DNA of 64,000 bases from an uncultured Methylomirabilota bacterium (GCA_963705305.1 OY970067.1:4992001-5056000); one strand, 5' to 3'. Shown: positions 1 through 11,244, counted from the stretch's first letter. A program made the numbers and translations. Notes: generated from the letters alone by a model not told the origin.

Positions 1-2
1 CG

Positions 3-845
3 TTCCCCCTGGTGTGGGGATTTGCGGCGTTCCTGGTGGATCCCCTCTGCTACTGGGCCGCTCCATCGCGCCCGGTCTCCCTGCTCTCCCAGTTCGAGCA
101 CGGAGACCCCCGCCCGTTCCTCCGCCTGCTCCTGGCCGGGCTGATCTGCGGCGGCTTGTGGGAGTTCTGGAACTATTGGGCGGTCACCAAGTGGATATAC
201 ACCGTGCCCTTCGTCGGGGACTGGAAGTGGTTCGAGATGCCCATCCTGGGCTTCCTGGGATTTCCCCCCTTCACAATCGAATCCTATGTCCTGATGAATG
301 GACTGAACCTGATGCGGCGGGGACGCGGATGGGAGGAGCCGAGCCGGACCGGACCCGGCGCCCGCCGATCTCTGGCGGGAGCGGCCATCGTCCTGGCCAT
401 GGTCTTCAACCTGGCGGTGTACGCGGGAATCGATCGCTGGACGGTGCAGAGCTACCTGCCTGTCTTGGCCGAGATGACCGGCGTGCCGACCGACCTCGCC
501 CTGCGGCTGCAGCAGGCCGGCGTCTCTTATCCTGAGACCCTCCTCCGCCGCACCCGGACGGCGGAGGCGCTCGCCGAGCTGGCCCGTCAATCCGGCGTGC
601 CGGAGGCGACGCTCGAATGGCTTCGCCGGGCCGCCCGGCTGGTAGATCTGAAGGGTCTCGGCGCCGCTCACTTCAACGAGCTCCAGCGCCTCGGGATCAG
701 TCGGGTCTCCGCCCTGGCCCACCAGGACCCCGACGAGCTAACCCGCCGCTGGCGGCAGCTGGCCGTGTCCAGGCCGCCCACGCGTTCCCAGGTGCGGGTC
801 TGGATCCGCGCGGCCCGGCAGGAGACGGCCGGCACAGGCGGCTGA
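3..845 (+). CDS. 5'-truncated membrane protein with C-terminal DUF4332-like (HhH-type) region
   Basis: Frame is open from the window edge; hydrophobic segment LWEFWNYWAVTKWIYTVP...EMPILGFLGFPPF; C-terminal 'LKGLGAAHFNELQRLGI' HhH-like repeat. Confidence 0.6.
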   Translation, partial: FPLVWGFAAFLVDPLCYWAAPSRPVSLLSQFEHGDPRPFLRLLLAGLICGGLWEFWNYWAVTKWIYTVPFVGDWKWFEMPILGFLGFPPFTIESYVLMNGLNLMRRGRGWEEPSRTGPGARRSLAGAAIVLAMVFNLAVYAGIDRWTVQSYLPVLAEMTGVPTDLALRLQQAGVSYPETLLRRTRTAEALAELARQSGVPEATLEWLRRAARLVDLKGLGAAHFNELQRLGISRVSALAHQDPDELTRRWRQLAVSRPPTRSQVRVWIRAARQETAGTGG

Positions 846-855
846 CGGGCGCGCT

Positions 856-1980
856 TCACCCCGCGTCCGGTGTCACGGTCAGGCGAATCCGGCCGATGAG
901 CTGGCCGGCCGCCGTGAGGACATCCACAGACCACTGACCGGCCGGGTCATCCCCCAGATCGGTCTTGCGCGAGTAGGTCCGAAACCCGCCCGGACGCCCT
1001 CCTCGGAGGGCGGACAGCACGACCCGCCCGACCACCACCCCATCCTTCCGCCACACGTGCACAATAGGTTGGCGCAGACCGGCCGGCGCCGCTACGGCGC
1101 TGAAGGCCGTCAGGCTCCCCCACCGGCGCAACTCGTCGACCGGCAGCCGGGAAACCGGGTCCACGGGCTCCAACCGGTCCACCGCCTGGGCGAACGTCCC
1201 GCGAGTAAGCTGGAGCGGCACCGGCGGAATCCAGGCCTGGAGCAGCCAGACCACGGCGACCGCCACGGCGCCCGCTCCCCCGGCGACCGCCACGGCGCTC
1301 CACCAAGAGGAGGCGAGGGTCCGCCGGAACACGGGCGCCAGGGCCACGGGACTGGCGAAGGCGCTGAGGACCAGCGTCCAGCCCCGCGGCACACCGATCA
1401 GGGGGAAGGCCACGTTGAGCGACGCGAAGAGGACCAGGGCGAAAAGGGCCAGCTCGGTGCCGCGGAAGCGGCGGCTCACCGCGCGGTACCAGGGATCCAT
1501 GGTGGCCAGGACCGCCGCCCCTCCCAGGAGAGCTAAACAGGAGACGTTGGCCGAGGTCAGGGTGGTGCTGGCATAGTAGATCGGCAGGAGGAACAGGAGC
1601 AGGCCGTGGAGCAGGGTCTGCACCGTGTACTCCAGTACGAAACTCACAACCCGACGACCCCGCGAGGCCAGCGCCTGCCGGGCCTCCGTGAAAACAACCC
1701 CCGCCAGCCAGGCCAGCAGGAGATAGCCGATGAACAGGGGGAAATACTGCAGCCCGCGGCGGAAGATGAACAGGGTTGCCAACCCCAGGAGGAGCGAACC
1801 GATCGAGATTCCCCAGCGCTCCAGCCAGCGCAGCCAGCGATGTCGCGCCTTCCAGGCGGCCCAAGTCGCCTCGAGCCGGCCGGCCCAGCCCGCCTCGCGC
1901 CGGTGCCGCTCTCCCGTGTGCTGGTCGTGCGCCAACGGGACACTCCTGCCACAGCGAATGCCGGCCCGCTTCCATCCCAA
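856..1980 (-). CDS. Multi-pass membrane protein with C-terminal DUF2914-like Ig domain; start uncertain
   Basis: About 7 hydrophobic segments followed by 'AFSAVAAPAGLRQPIVHVW...GGRPGGFRTYSRK...GQWSVDV'. Confidence 0.7.
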   Translation of the reverse strand: MGWKRAGIRCGRSVPLAHDQHTGERHRREAGWAGRLEATWAAWKARHRWLRWLERWGISIGSLLLGLATLFIFRRGLQYFPLFIGYLLLAWLAGVVFTEARQALASRGRRVVSFVLEYTVQTLLHGLLLFLLPIYYASTTLTSANVSCLALLGGAAVLATMDPWYRAVSRRFRGTELALFALVLFASLNVAFPLIGVPRGWTLVLSAFASPVALAPVFRRTLASSWWSAVAVAGGAGAVAVAVVWLLQAWIPPVPLQLTRGTFAQAVDRLEPVDPVSRLPVDELRRWGSLTAFSAVAAPAGLRQPIVHVWRKDGVVVGRVVLSALRGGRPGGFRTYSRKTDLGDDPAGQWSVDVLTAAGQLIGRIRLTVTPDAG

Positions 1981-2361
1981 GAAATTGCGCGGGGACCCCT
2001 TGACGGGAGGGAGGGTGGGGCCTATCTTCAGAGTAGCCGCAGGGATCGGCAGAGCAGCCTTCTCGCCATGGGGTGCGAGACCGTCCCCCGGGTCGCCCGG
2101 AGGAGCGAGACCTCAGGCGCCGGACGCAGTCCCGCACAGGGGCTGCCAGGACTGGCGTCGGCGAACCGGCGGGTGATGCTGCACGGCTCACGCCGATCGC
2201 CTGCGGCGTCCTTGTTTTCCCGTCCTTCCGGACCTGCCCGGCACCCTCCCGACGCGATCAACGGGCCGTCCGCACGGCGGGACCCCCGCCCGGGATCAAG
2301 CCAACGTCGCACCCAAGGCAGTAAAGCAGTCACGCCGCGCCCATCGCCTGCGGCACAGCGA

Positions 2362-2874
2362 TCACTGGCGGGGAAACTCGCGATCCAAGATCTCAGCGAT
2401 GAATCGCTCGATGGAAACCGGGTAGAACTTCACATCCGGCGACAGAATCACCCCGGTGTCCAGAATCTCCCTCTGCATGAGCTCGTCTAGGGCTCGATCG
2501 ATGTGGGCGTGTGGGTCCTGGTCCACCTTCACGATGCGGAGGTCTTCGCTCTCCAAACGGACGTTCTGCCGGATGGCGTACAGGAAGCTGAATACCCGCC
2601 CGACCAGGGTCCGATCCATCAGGTCGGGATCGTCAAAGAGCTCTTCGTACTTCTGCCCCAAGTGACGGGGCGAGATGACCAGGCGGGGCGAGACGCGGAT
2701 CTTCCCCCGAATTTCCACCGCTCCCTGGCTGCGCTCTTCGTCGGGGCCGACCAGGACGTAGGGAAGCACGTGATAGCCGGCCAGGATGCCGGTGATTGGC
2801 CTGCGCAGGATCTGCGTCTCCTCGAAGACGTGCCGCAGATATTCCGGGTCGGAATGGGAATCACCGAACGCCAT
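2362..2874 (-). CDS. Hypothetical protein (170 aa)
   Basis: Natural amino-acid composition and GC3 bias; GAAAGAGA upstream of ATG. Confidence 0.7.
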   Translation of the reverse strand: MAFGDSHSDPEYLRHVFEETQILRRPITGILAGYHVLPYVLVGPDEERSQGAVEIRGKIRVSPRLVISPRHLGQKYEELFDDPDLMDRTLVGRVFSFLYAIRQNVRLESEDLRIVKVDQDPHAHIDRALDELMQREILDTGVILSPDVKFYPVSIERFIAEILDREFPRQ

Positions 2875-3212
2875 GGTGTCTCTTTCGGCCGCGTGCCGCG
2901 ACGGGGGTGGGCCCCACGCCGTCTCGACTGTACGCCTCTACCCCGTCTCGGCCGCGCTCCGCCCCCGCCCGGAGCATGCCCGCGCGCCGAAGTGGCCTCA
3001 CGATACCTGGAGAATCGATCCGGGTCAACTCCACCGCCGAGGCGGGAGAACAGGCGCCCGCTTGGTCCCTCGCACAGCCCGGTTCACAGCACCGCAATCA
3101 CGAGAAGGCCAGCCGCTGAAACCGCGCGCCGGACCCCGGGGGAGCCCAGCCCCGGTCGATGCCCGAGCGCTCGGTCCGGTGAGTTCACGGGCCCCTTCGT
3201 GAATTCTCCGGA

Positions 3213-3626
3213 CTAGAGCCCCAGCGCGGCCACCGCCCGCGTAAAATGGTCCGGCCGGATATAGAGTATGTAGCCGAAGCCCCCCCGCCCGTCGGCGACC
3301 CCCGCCGAGGCGTAGACATTGACCTCGGCTTCGAAGAGCTTCATGTGAATCCCCGCCAGGGCACCCAGCTCGTCGTCTCCCTGAACCAGGAGCGCCGGAT
3401 GGGGTCCGTCCAGGACGAGTCCCGCTTTCCGGCATGTCTCTTGGGTCCGCGCCGCGTCCTGCGGAAAAATGGCGAGCTGGGTGTGCATCGGCCCGACGGG
3501 GACCGCCGCAAACGCCAGCAGGTTGATGCCCAGGTCGGCAAGACGGGACAGCAGCTTGTAGGCCTCTCCGGGCTCGTCCCTCACCGTCGTGTAGAAGTAC
3601 TCGGCCCGGCAAACGCTGTGTGCCAT
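3213..3626 (-). CDS. Tandem ACT-domain protein
   Basis: Two ACT-like repeats 'VRDEPGEAYKLLSRLADLGINL' and 'GDDELGALAGIHMKLFEAEVNV'; GGGAGG RBS. Confidence 0.75.
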   Translation of the reverse strand: MAHSVCRAEYFYTTVRDEPGEAYKLLSRLADLGINLLAFAAVPVGPMHTQLAIFPQDAARTQETCRKAGLVLDGPHPALLVQGDDELGALAGIHMKLFEAEVNVYASAGVADGRGGFGYILYIRPDHFTRAVAALGL

Positions 3627-3852
3627 TCTCTTCCCTCCCGGGCGCGCTGGGCGGTCGGGTTTTTCGGTGGCGCGGCGCCTGAGCCACGCTAGCCCTGCTC
3701 CGCGCCGCCTGTCAAGCGGAAAGGAACCCCGGTCCCGGCCGCCCGTCCCGCCTTCTGCTTCCCATCTCGTCCCGTTCTGGTACAATGTCGGCAGGAACCT
3801 CCGCACCGCGTTCGCCATCTCCGGCGGTGCACCCCCCGACGAGGATTCCTCC

Positions 3853-4454
3853 ATGGCCGCATTTCTGGGCAGCCAGCCATCCGACCCCTCCGACCGGCCG
3901 CCGCCAAACCTGTCGGCGGAGCGCCTGCGCATCGACGAGTACGAGGGGCAGCGGGCCTTGCTGGCCGACGGGGTGATTTTGTCGGTGGATGTCGAAGGCG
4001 GGAAACCGCCGGTGGGCTACTGGGCGGCGGCACACTGGCCCAACTGCTCAACCAGCGGGCCCCCGGCGTCCAGATCGTCGGGGTGGACCTGGACGCCGAG
4101 ATCGTGGCCTTCGGGCGGCGGCACTTCAACGTCGGGATGCCCAACCTCGAGGTGGTGATCGGGGACGCGTTCGAGTTCGTGGCCGGCTGCACGCGCCGCT
4201 TCGACTTCATCGCCGTGGATCTCTTCGTCGGTCACACCTTTCACCGGGGTGTCCTGGCGAAGCCTTTCCTCCGTAGGCTGCGGTCCCTGGCCGCTCCCGG
4301 AGGGGAGATCGCCATCAACCTGTTCAAAGACCGCCGCAGTCAGGTCCACGTCCACCGCATCCAGCGCATCCTACCGGTCCGCGCCGTGCAACACCTGCCG
4401 CGCAACGTGGTGGTGCACTGCACGGCTCTTCCAGCGGGGGCGGCTTCGGCCTGA
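3853..4454 (+). pseudogene. Spermidine synthase-like class I SAM-dependent methyltransferase broken by a frame change near 4020
   Basis: First frame reads ...ALLADGVILSV...GYWAA; second frame from 4020 reads LGGGTLAQLL...VGVDLD...VIGDAFEF...FDFIAVDLF. Confidence 0.65.
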
Positions 4455-4461
4455 GCGGAGC

Positions 4462-4713
4462 ATGCCTCTGCTCTCTCGGAAAGAAATAGCCGAGTATCCT
4501 CTCGACCATTCTACGATCGGCAAGCATTTCCACATCATGATCGTGGCTCTGATGGTCGGCGCCGGCTGGGAAGGGAATCCGATCGCCAAGTACATCGCCC
4601 TGGGGGGCCCGGCCATGGTCGGGTTCGGGTCGGTCGTGATGACCTACGGCTACATCGCCTCCAAGCTCCGCAATGGAGGCCACCAGGAGCGGGAGCGGCA
4701 GCCGGCACGCTAA
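4462..4713 (+). CDS. Small two-helix membrane protein (83 aa)
   Basis: GGAG then ATG at 4462; two hydrophobic stretches. Confidence 0.5.
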   Translation: MPLLSRKEIAEYPLDHSTIGKHFHIMIVALMVGAGWEGNPIAKYIALGGPAMVGFGSVVMTYGYIASKLRNGGHQERERQPAR

Positions 4714-4812
4714 AGCTCTGATACGTCCGACGAAATATCCCGCTGCCGATCTCGCTGACCTTGCTCCCTGCGCTTTGCTCCCTCACTCCCTCTGCGGGGG
4801 CCTGTCGGACGC

Positions 4813-6085
4813 TCAATACAAGAAATCCCGGATATCGTAAACAGCCACCTTGGGCCGCCCTCCCGGCCCGACGGCCACGCCGGCTCTCAAGCGCTCGAGT
4901 TGGCTCGCCACCTCCGCCTCGCCCAGCGGGCGGATACCCGCCGCCTGTTCCAGCTGGCGGTACGGCGAACCGGCCTCCGCCACCAGGGGCGACAAGTAGA
5001 GGATATCCTGCGCCCCCAGGCCCATCTCGTTCACAACCTCCCGGGTGTCGGCAAGGTGCCGCTCTGAAAACTGCCGGCCCCCGATGCCCAGCAGGACGAT
5101 GACTCCCACGGCCACACCCGCCGCCCGGAGCGCCCGAACCAGCGCCACGGCGTCCGCCGCGGTGGCCGGCTTGCCCAGGAAGCGCAATAGCGCGTCGCAC
5201 CCGCTCTCCAGCCCGAGATAGACACGCCGCAGGCCCCGTTCCGTCAGAGTGCGGAAGTGAGCCGACGATTTGGGTGCGCCGCTGAAGGCGTCCACGAACG
5301 AGTAGACACCCCCTCGCCCTTCGGCAACACCCCGGAAAAGCTCTGCCCGCAGGAGATCCAGCACCTCCACGAGACGCGCGGGGGGCAGGACCAGGGCGTT
5401 GGCGTCGGCCAGGAAGACGCGCTGCCGATGGCGCAGCCCCTCGCCGAAGAACTCCCGCACTGCGACGAGATGCGCCAGGAGCTCCTCGGACGTTCTTGAC
5501 GCGGAACGGGCGATCCTGATAGAACCGGCAGAAGCTGCAGTGATTGTAGGAGCATCCCTCCGTGACCTGGATCACCACCGCCCCGTACTGGTCGGGCGGA
5601 AGGATGGGGACGGGCAGATAGACCGAGCGAAAGCGGATCGCGTCCGCCTTCAGGGCCTCCGGCGTCCACGCCAGCACATCATCCAGACGGCGCCGGAGCA
5701 GGTCGGCGCCGGCGTCCGGGACGGCCCGCGGAGCGGCCGCGACGCCCGCCCGAACGGCCGCCACCTCGCGAAGGGCATCCCGGACCAAGGCCTCGGCCTC
5801 GGCCGCACCCAGCTCGCACCGGGCGTGGCTCCACGGGTAGGCGCCCGCCTTCCGTCGAGCCACGAAGCGGTTGTCCAGGCCGCGCCGGATCGATCGGCCC
5901 GCCCAGAAGGCCCGGACCAGCCGTCCGGCCCGGTCGAAGGAGAGGCTCCGCGCGTCGTCCAGGCCCAGGGTGGTCGAGCCGTCCCGCAGGGCTGCCGTCA
6001 CCAGGCGCCCGGATGGAATCCGGAACGGGGCCAGGCCGATCTGCCATTGGGCGCGCCGCGCCTCCGCCATCCCCGGCTGCCTCAT
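4813..6085 (-). CDS. Radical SAM protein with a one-base frameshift at ~5493 (probably a sequencing error)
   Basis: [10 protein letters not shown] cluster motif in the 5' frame; VFLADANAL and RVYLGLESG in the 3' frame; deleting one base from CGGACGTTC (5487-5495) joins them as [18 protein letters not shown]. Confidence 0.8.
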
Positions 6086-8770
6086 CCCACACGCGGACGG
6101 AAGCGCCGCAGGCGGAGAGAGTTACTGACGACCGACACCGAGGAGACCGCCATGGCCGCGGAGGCCAGCATGGGATTCAAGAGCAGCCCCAGCACCGGAT
6201 ACAGCACCCCGGCGGCAATCGGGATCCCGATCATGTTGTAGATGAAGGCCCAAAACAGGTTCTGCTTGATCGTGCGCATGGTGCGCTGGCTCAGCTGGAT
6301 GGCCGTCACCACGCCGGTGAGATCCCCCCGGATCAGCGTGATGTCCGAAGCCTCCATGGCCACGTCCGTCCCCGTGCCGATGGCGATCCCCACATCCGCC
6401 TGGGCCAGGGCGGGGGCGTCATTGATGCCGTCCCCGACCATCGCCACCACCCTGCCCTCGGCCTGGAGCTTCTTCACCTCCTGTGCTTTCTGGTCGGGCA
6501 AGACCTCGGCCAGCACGCGGCCGATCCCCGCCGTCTTGGCGATGGCCTCGGCCGTCCGCCGGTTGTCCCCCGTGAGCATGACCACCTCGATCCCCAGCCG
6601 GTGCAGGGCCTGCACGGCCTCCACCGAGTGCTCCTTGAGGGTGTCGGCCACCGCAATGACGCCGGCGGCTTGGCTGCTCACGGCCACAAACATGGGAGTC
6701 TTGCCTTCGGCGGCGAGCTTGTCCGCGCTCGCCCGGAGGTCGCCCGGCTCGACTCCCGACTCCTGCATGAACGTGAGGTTTCCCAGCAGGACCGGCCTCG
6801 CGTCCACCCTGCCGCGGACCCCCCGACCGGGGACCGCCTCGAATCCTTCGACGGCGCTCAGGGCCAGGCCGTCCGCCTTCGCCCGGTCCACGATGGCCTC
6901 CCCCAGGGGATGCTCGGAGGCCCGCTCCAGCGAGGCGGCCAGCCGCAAGAGGTCTTGCGCTTGGCTGATGGCTGATGGCTGATGGCTGAGAACGTCTGTC
7001 ACCTCCGGCTTGCCCTTGGTGAGCGTCCCCGTCTTGTCCAAGACGATGGTCCGGATTCGGTGGGCCGTCTCCAGGCTCTCGCCGCTCCGGATCAGGATGC
7101 CGTGCTCGGCCCCCCGGCCCGTCCCGACCATTATGGCCGTCGGCGTTGCGAGTCCCAGGGCGCAGGGGCAGGCGATGATCAGGACAGCCACGAAGTTCAG
7201 CAGGCCAAAGACGAACGACGGGGCGGGACCGAAGACCCACCAGGCCGCGAAAGTGAGGAGCGCGATGCCGATGACCGTCGGCACGAAGATGCTGGCCACG
7301 TAATCGGCCAGCCGCTGGATGGGGGCCTTGGATCCCTGCGCCTCCTCCACCAGACGGACGATCTGCGCCAGAACCGTATCCTTCCCCACCTTGGTGGCTT
7401 CGAACCGGAACGTCCCGGTCTTGTTGAGGGTGGCGCCGATGACCTGGTCCCCTGCCCGCTTCTCCACGGGCAGGCTCTCGCCGGTCAGCATGGACTCGTC
7501 CACGGCGGAGGCCCCCTCGCGAACGATCCCGTCCACAGGGACCTTCTCGCCGGGCCGCACGATCACCAGGTCGCCCGACCGCACTTCGTCCACGGGGATG
7601 TCCTGCTCCTCCCCATCGCGCACGACCCGGGCCGTCTTGGCGCGCAGTCCCATCAGCCGCCTGATCGCCTCGCTGGTTCGCCCTTTGGCGATGGCTTCCA
7701 GGAAGCGGCCCAGCAGGATCAGCGTCACGATCACCGCCGCCGTGTCATAGTAGACCGCCGGCGCGATGCCCAGACCGCGGAAGACCTGCGGGGCCACCGT
7801 CATGGCCACGCTGTACAGGAAGGCCGCCGAGGTGCCCACGGCAATCAGCGTGTTCATGTCGGAGGTCCGGTGCTTGAGGGCCGCCCAGAAGCCCCGGTAG
7901 AACTGGGCCCCGGCCCAGAACTGCACCGGGATCGTCAGGGCCAGGAGCACCCAGAAGTTCTGGAGAGCGTGCGGCGCCCAGGGAAACCACTCCGACATAC
8001 TCCCCAGGACGATCGGCACCGTGAGGACGATCCCGGCAACCAGCTTTCGCCTGAGCGTCCGGATCTCCCGTTCGCGGGCCGCCCGCTCGAACGTCCGGGG
8101 CGGCGGCCCCCGCACCGGCCTCCAGGGGGTCGTACCCGGCATCCCGGATGGCCCGCCGCAGGTCCGGCAGCGCGACGGCCGCGGGCGAATACTCCACCGT
8201 GGCGGCGTTGGTGGCGAAGTTCACCGACGCCGAGACCACTCCCGGCGTCTGCCGCAGCGCTTTCTCGATGGCGGCCACGCAGGACGCACAGGAGATCCCG
8301 CCGATCGGGATCGTCACCTTCTCGACCAGCGGCGCGTACCCCGCGTCGGCGATGGCCTTCACCAACGCCGCCGGTTGCGCCGCCCCCGGATCGTACTGGA
8401 CGCTCCCTCGCTCGGCCGCCAAGTTGACCACGGCCGTCCGCACCCCGGGGACGGCCGCCAGGGCCTCTTCGACCGCCGAGACGCAGGAGGCACAATGCAT
8501 TCCCCGAATGCCGATGTCCAGGCGGGCGGCCCCCCGTGGCGCGGGCGGCCGCTCGGAGGCCGAACCCGCGTTTTCCGCGGTCGCCGGGAGAGCGGTCGGA
8601 TTGCCGCCGTCACCTTCCAGGTAGCGCGCCGGATCCGCCTCGAACTCCTCCTTGCACCTCGTCGCGCAGAAATACACCGTCCGACCGTCGCGACGGCTGG
8701 TGGCCGCGGCGGCGGCCTCTTCGATCATCATGCCGCAAACCGGATCACGAACCATATCCGTCCGCCTCAC
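6082..8770 (-). CDS. copA: Copper-translocating P1B-type ATPase (YHS/TRASH plus two HMA domains) with a frameshift at ~8091
   Basis: DPVCGM, GMHCASC, GISCASC, TGES, CPC, DKTGT, SEHPL, GDGIND, YN and MAVSS motifs; deleting one base at 8089-8097 gives [11 protein letters not shown]. Confidence 0.92.
6962..6989 (+). repeat. Four tandem copies of the heptamer TGGCTGA inside copA
   Basis: tggctga x4, encoding [10 protein letters not shown] on the minus strand. Confidence 0.85.
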
Positions 8771-9960
8771 TCATTTCCGTCGCTCTCCGCGTCCGGGCCG
8801 CCCCGGCTGAACCCCATCCGATGCCGCACCCAGGTGCCGGCCTTCGCCTCGATCCGCTGGACAACGTCCCGCAGCAGGCCCGCGTACGACTCCTCGCCCA
8901 AGAGGATGCTCACGTACTCCAGAAGAGAGCCGGGCATCCTGGACAGCAGTCGATGCCACCAGCGGGGCATGCGGTGGAAGAGCGCAGCCAGCCTCGAGGC
9001 GGCGCGCAGATCCGGCCAGATCGCCTCGGCGACCGCCCGCTCGTAGCGAGCGGCCGTGTCGGCCGCGTCGCGGGCGTGGAGAACCGCCTCGGCCGCGAAA
9101 CGCCCGCTGCGGATTGCGGAGTAAATGCCTTCTCCCAAAAACGGATCGGCCAGGTGGGCGGCATCCCCGACCAGCAGGACGCCGCGGGCTGCGCAGAGAA
9201 CCGGCTCCCCCCGGGGGGCTGCAACCGGGGCAGCCAGGCAATCGGTGCCGGGGATCACCGGGTACGCGGCGCAGCCGGTGAGAAAGGCGTCCAGCGCCTC
9301 GCGCAGACCGCGCCCGCGCCGATAGTCGAGCATCACCCCCACGTTCACGCGGTCTCCTTTGGGAAAGGCCCATGCGTACCCCCGCGGATACCGCCCCACA
9401 TCCACCAGGACAGTGGCGCGGGACGTGTCGTCCCCGTTCCAGGGCACCTCCGATTCCAAGCCGATATAGGCCGGCGGCGGCCGGCGGGGAAGTAGCTGGG
9501 CCGCCACCAGGCTGTTGGCGCCGTCGGCCCCGATCAGCATCCGGGTCCGCAAGACCTCGTCCCCCGTGCGCACGAGGAGCGCGGATCCTTCGCGCCCGAC
9601 GGCGCGGACCGCTCGACTCTCCCGCACCTGGGCGCCGGCCTCCTCGGCCAGACCGCGCAGCCAAGCATCAAACTCCTCGCGACGAACCATGTAGCCCATG
9701 GGAACGCGCGATGTGACCTCGAAGGGCTGTCGGGACAGATAGGTAAAGACGCCACGCCGGATCGTCGCGCGACAGTAGGGCTCGATCCCGGGCGGCAGGA
9801 GCCGCAGCACGCGGGGGGACAGGGCTCCGCCGCACGCCTTGGGCCGGGGAAAGGCGGCCCGGTCCAGCAGGCAGACACGGGCCCCCGCCTCGGCCAGCAC
9901 CCGAGCCGCCGTGGACCCGCCCGGCCCCGCCCCGACCACCACCACATCGAAATCGGCCAT
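8767..9960 (-). CDS. Geranylgeranyl reductase-family FAD-dependent oxidoreductase
   Basis: DVVVVGAGPGG, FPRPKACGG, GADGANS, GYAWAFPKG, LVGDAAHLADPFLGEGI. Confidence 0.88.
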   Translation of the reverse strand: MADFDVVVVGAGPGGSTAARVLAEAGARVCLLDRAAFPRPKACGGALSPRVLRLLPPGIEPYCRATIRRGVFTYLSRQPFEVTSRVPMGYMVRREEFDAWLRGLAEEAGAQVRESRAVRAVGREGSALLVRTGDEVLRTRMLIGADGANSLVAAQLLPRRPPPAYIGLESEVPWNGDDTSRATVLVDVGRYPRGYAWAFPKGDRVNVGVMLDYRRGRGLREALDAFLTGCAAYPVIPGTDCLAAPVAAPRGEPVLCAARGVLLVGDAAHLADPFLGEGIYSAIRSGRFAAEAVLHARDAADTAARYERAVAEAIWPDLRAASRLAALFHRMPRWWHRLLSRMPGSLLEYVSILLGEESYAGLLRDVVQRIEAKAGTWVRHRMGFSRGGPDAESDGNE

Positions 9961-10020
9961 CGTCTCCGTCCCGCGCCCGCAGCGCTTTGCCGCCGATCCG
10001 GGCTGAACCGCCGGGCCCGC

Positions 10021-10311
10021 TCAGCGAGAGCCGAAGCCGCCGTAGCGAGAGAACACGTCGATCAGCTCCTCGATCTTCTTGGCCCGTGCCCGCTCCGTGC
10101 CCGCCTTCATGCTGTCCATCACGCAACTCTCAATGTGCCGGGCCATCAGGATCTTGGAGACCTGCTCCAGCGCCCCCTGGATGGCCGAAATCTGCAGCAT
10201 GATGTCCACGCAATACTTGCTCTCCTCCAGCATGCGCTGGATCCCTTGCACCTGGCCTTCGATTCGCCGAAGGCGAACCAACGCCCGCTCTTTTGTCTCC
10301 GGATCGACCAT
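10021..10311 (-). CDS. csoR: CsoR/RcnR-family copper-sensing repressor
   Basis: RLRRIEGQVQGIQRM...YCVDI...HIESC (C-H-C ligand set); AAGGAG RBS. Confidence 0.9.
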   Translation of the reverse strand: MVDPETKERALVRLRRIEGQVQGIQRMLEESKYCVDIMLQISAIQGALEQVSKILMARHIESCVMDSMKAGTERARAKKIEELIDVFSRYGGFGSR

Positions 10312-10332
10312 GGGCCTGGCTCCTTTTGTACA

Positions 10333-10377
10333 ATACCCCCGTATGGTATATATAACATTCTTGGTCCGGCCTGTCAA
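10333..10377 (-). promoter_or_regulatory. csoR promoter and CsoR-type operator
   Basis: TTGACA (10372-10377, minus strand), AT-rich -10 region and pseudo-palindrome ATACCCCCGTATGGTAT. Confidence 0.65.
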
Positions 10378-10589
10378 AAGCCGGACAGGCGGTTCTGCCC
10401 GCCCCCCCCGCAGCGGCCCGCAGCCGCTCGGGGGGCGACGCCGGCAGGAGAGGCTGTAGCCGCGGCAGCGGATGTGGTATACAGGGACGGCCGGCCGCGC
10501 CCCAGGGCAAGGGGACCGCGCCGCCCCGGTCCGCGCGGCGCGGCCGGGGCCATTTGCTTTGGCTGGCGTGCGCCGAGGAGGACTGCACC

Positions 10590-10829
10590 ATGGAGCCCAG
10601 GCAGCACCTGCCACCTCCCGGAGAGGGCGGGACACCCATCCCCGACGTGGCCGACGGAAAGCCGGCCATGCGGATCGGTGCGCTGGTCCTCGCCTTCGGC
10701 TGCGTCTTGATGGTCGTTGCGGACTCGTTGGGCGTCCTGGGCGGCAAGATCGTTGGGGGCGTCGTGATGCTGGGAGGCTTCCTCACCTATCTGGTCGGCC
10801 GCGTCCGCTATCGGAGGCAAGCGAGATAG
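10590..10829 (+). CDS. Small two-TM membrane protein
   Basis: GAGGAGG RBS; two hydrophobic helices; basic C-terminus. Confidence 0.55.
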   Translation: MEPRQHLPPPGEGGTPIPDVADGKPAMRIGALVLAFGCVLMVVADSLGVLGGKIVGGVVMLGGFLTYLVGRVRYRRQAR

Positions 10830-11244
10830 CCTCTTTCTGAAGATATCTAATCGCCAAGCCGCCAAGAATAACAGGGTTGGATCGGGCAGAATGCCAAGGG
10901 ACCCGAACCGTGTCACGTCTCCCGGCGGAGCCTTCCGGATCATCGAACCAATACCGCCGGGCGCCTCGGAAGCCGCTTGCGTTTTGGTGCGCACCGGCGG
11001 TATGCTTCCACCGATTCATCTCGGCCGACCAGGCCGACCCGCCTCGTGTTCCCGGCCGCGCGCGGCCTTGATATGTCGGGGAGGTGTCGCGCCCCGATGT
11101 CTTCTCTCTCATGGGCCAAGAGCAGGGAGTCCGCTTGCCAGTCGCCTCGGCCTGAGAGAGCCGCCCCGGAAGGGGCAATCCTCCGGACCACGGCACCGCG
11201 GAGCGTTGCCCCATCGCGCGACCATGCGAGAAGGAGGAACGGGC

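Noticed and set aside
2558..2566. A fourth CGGACGTTC as a possible hidden frameshift
   Set aside because: The ORF 2362-2874 reads plausibly on both sides, so the motif looks native here.
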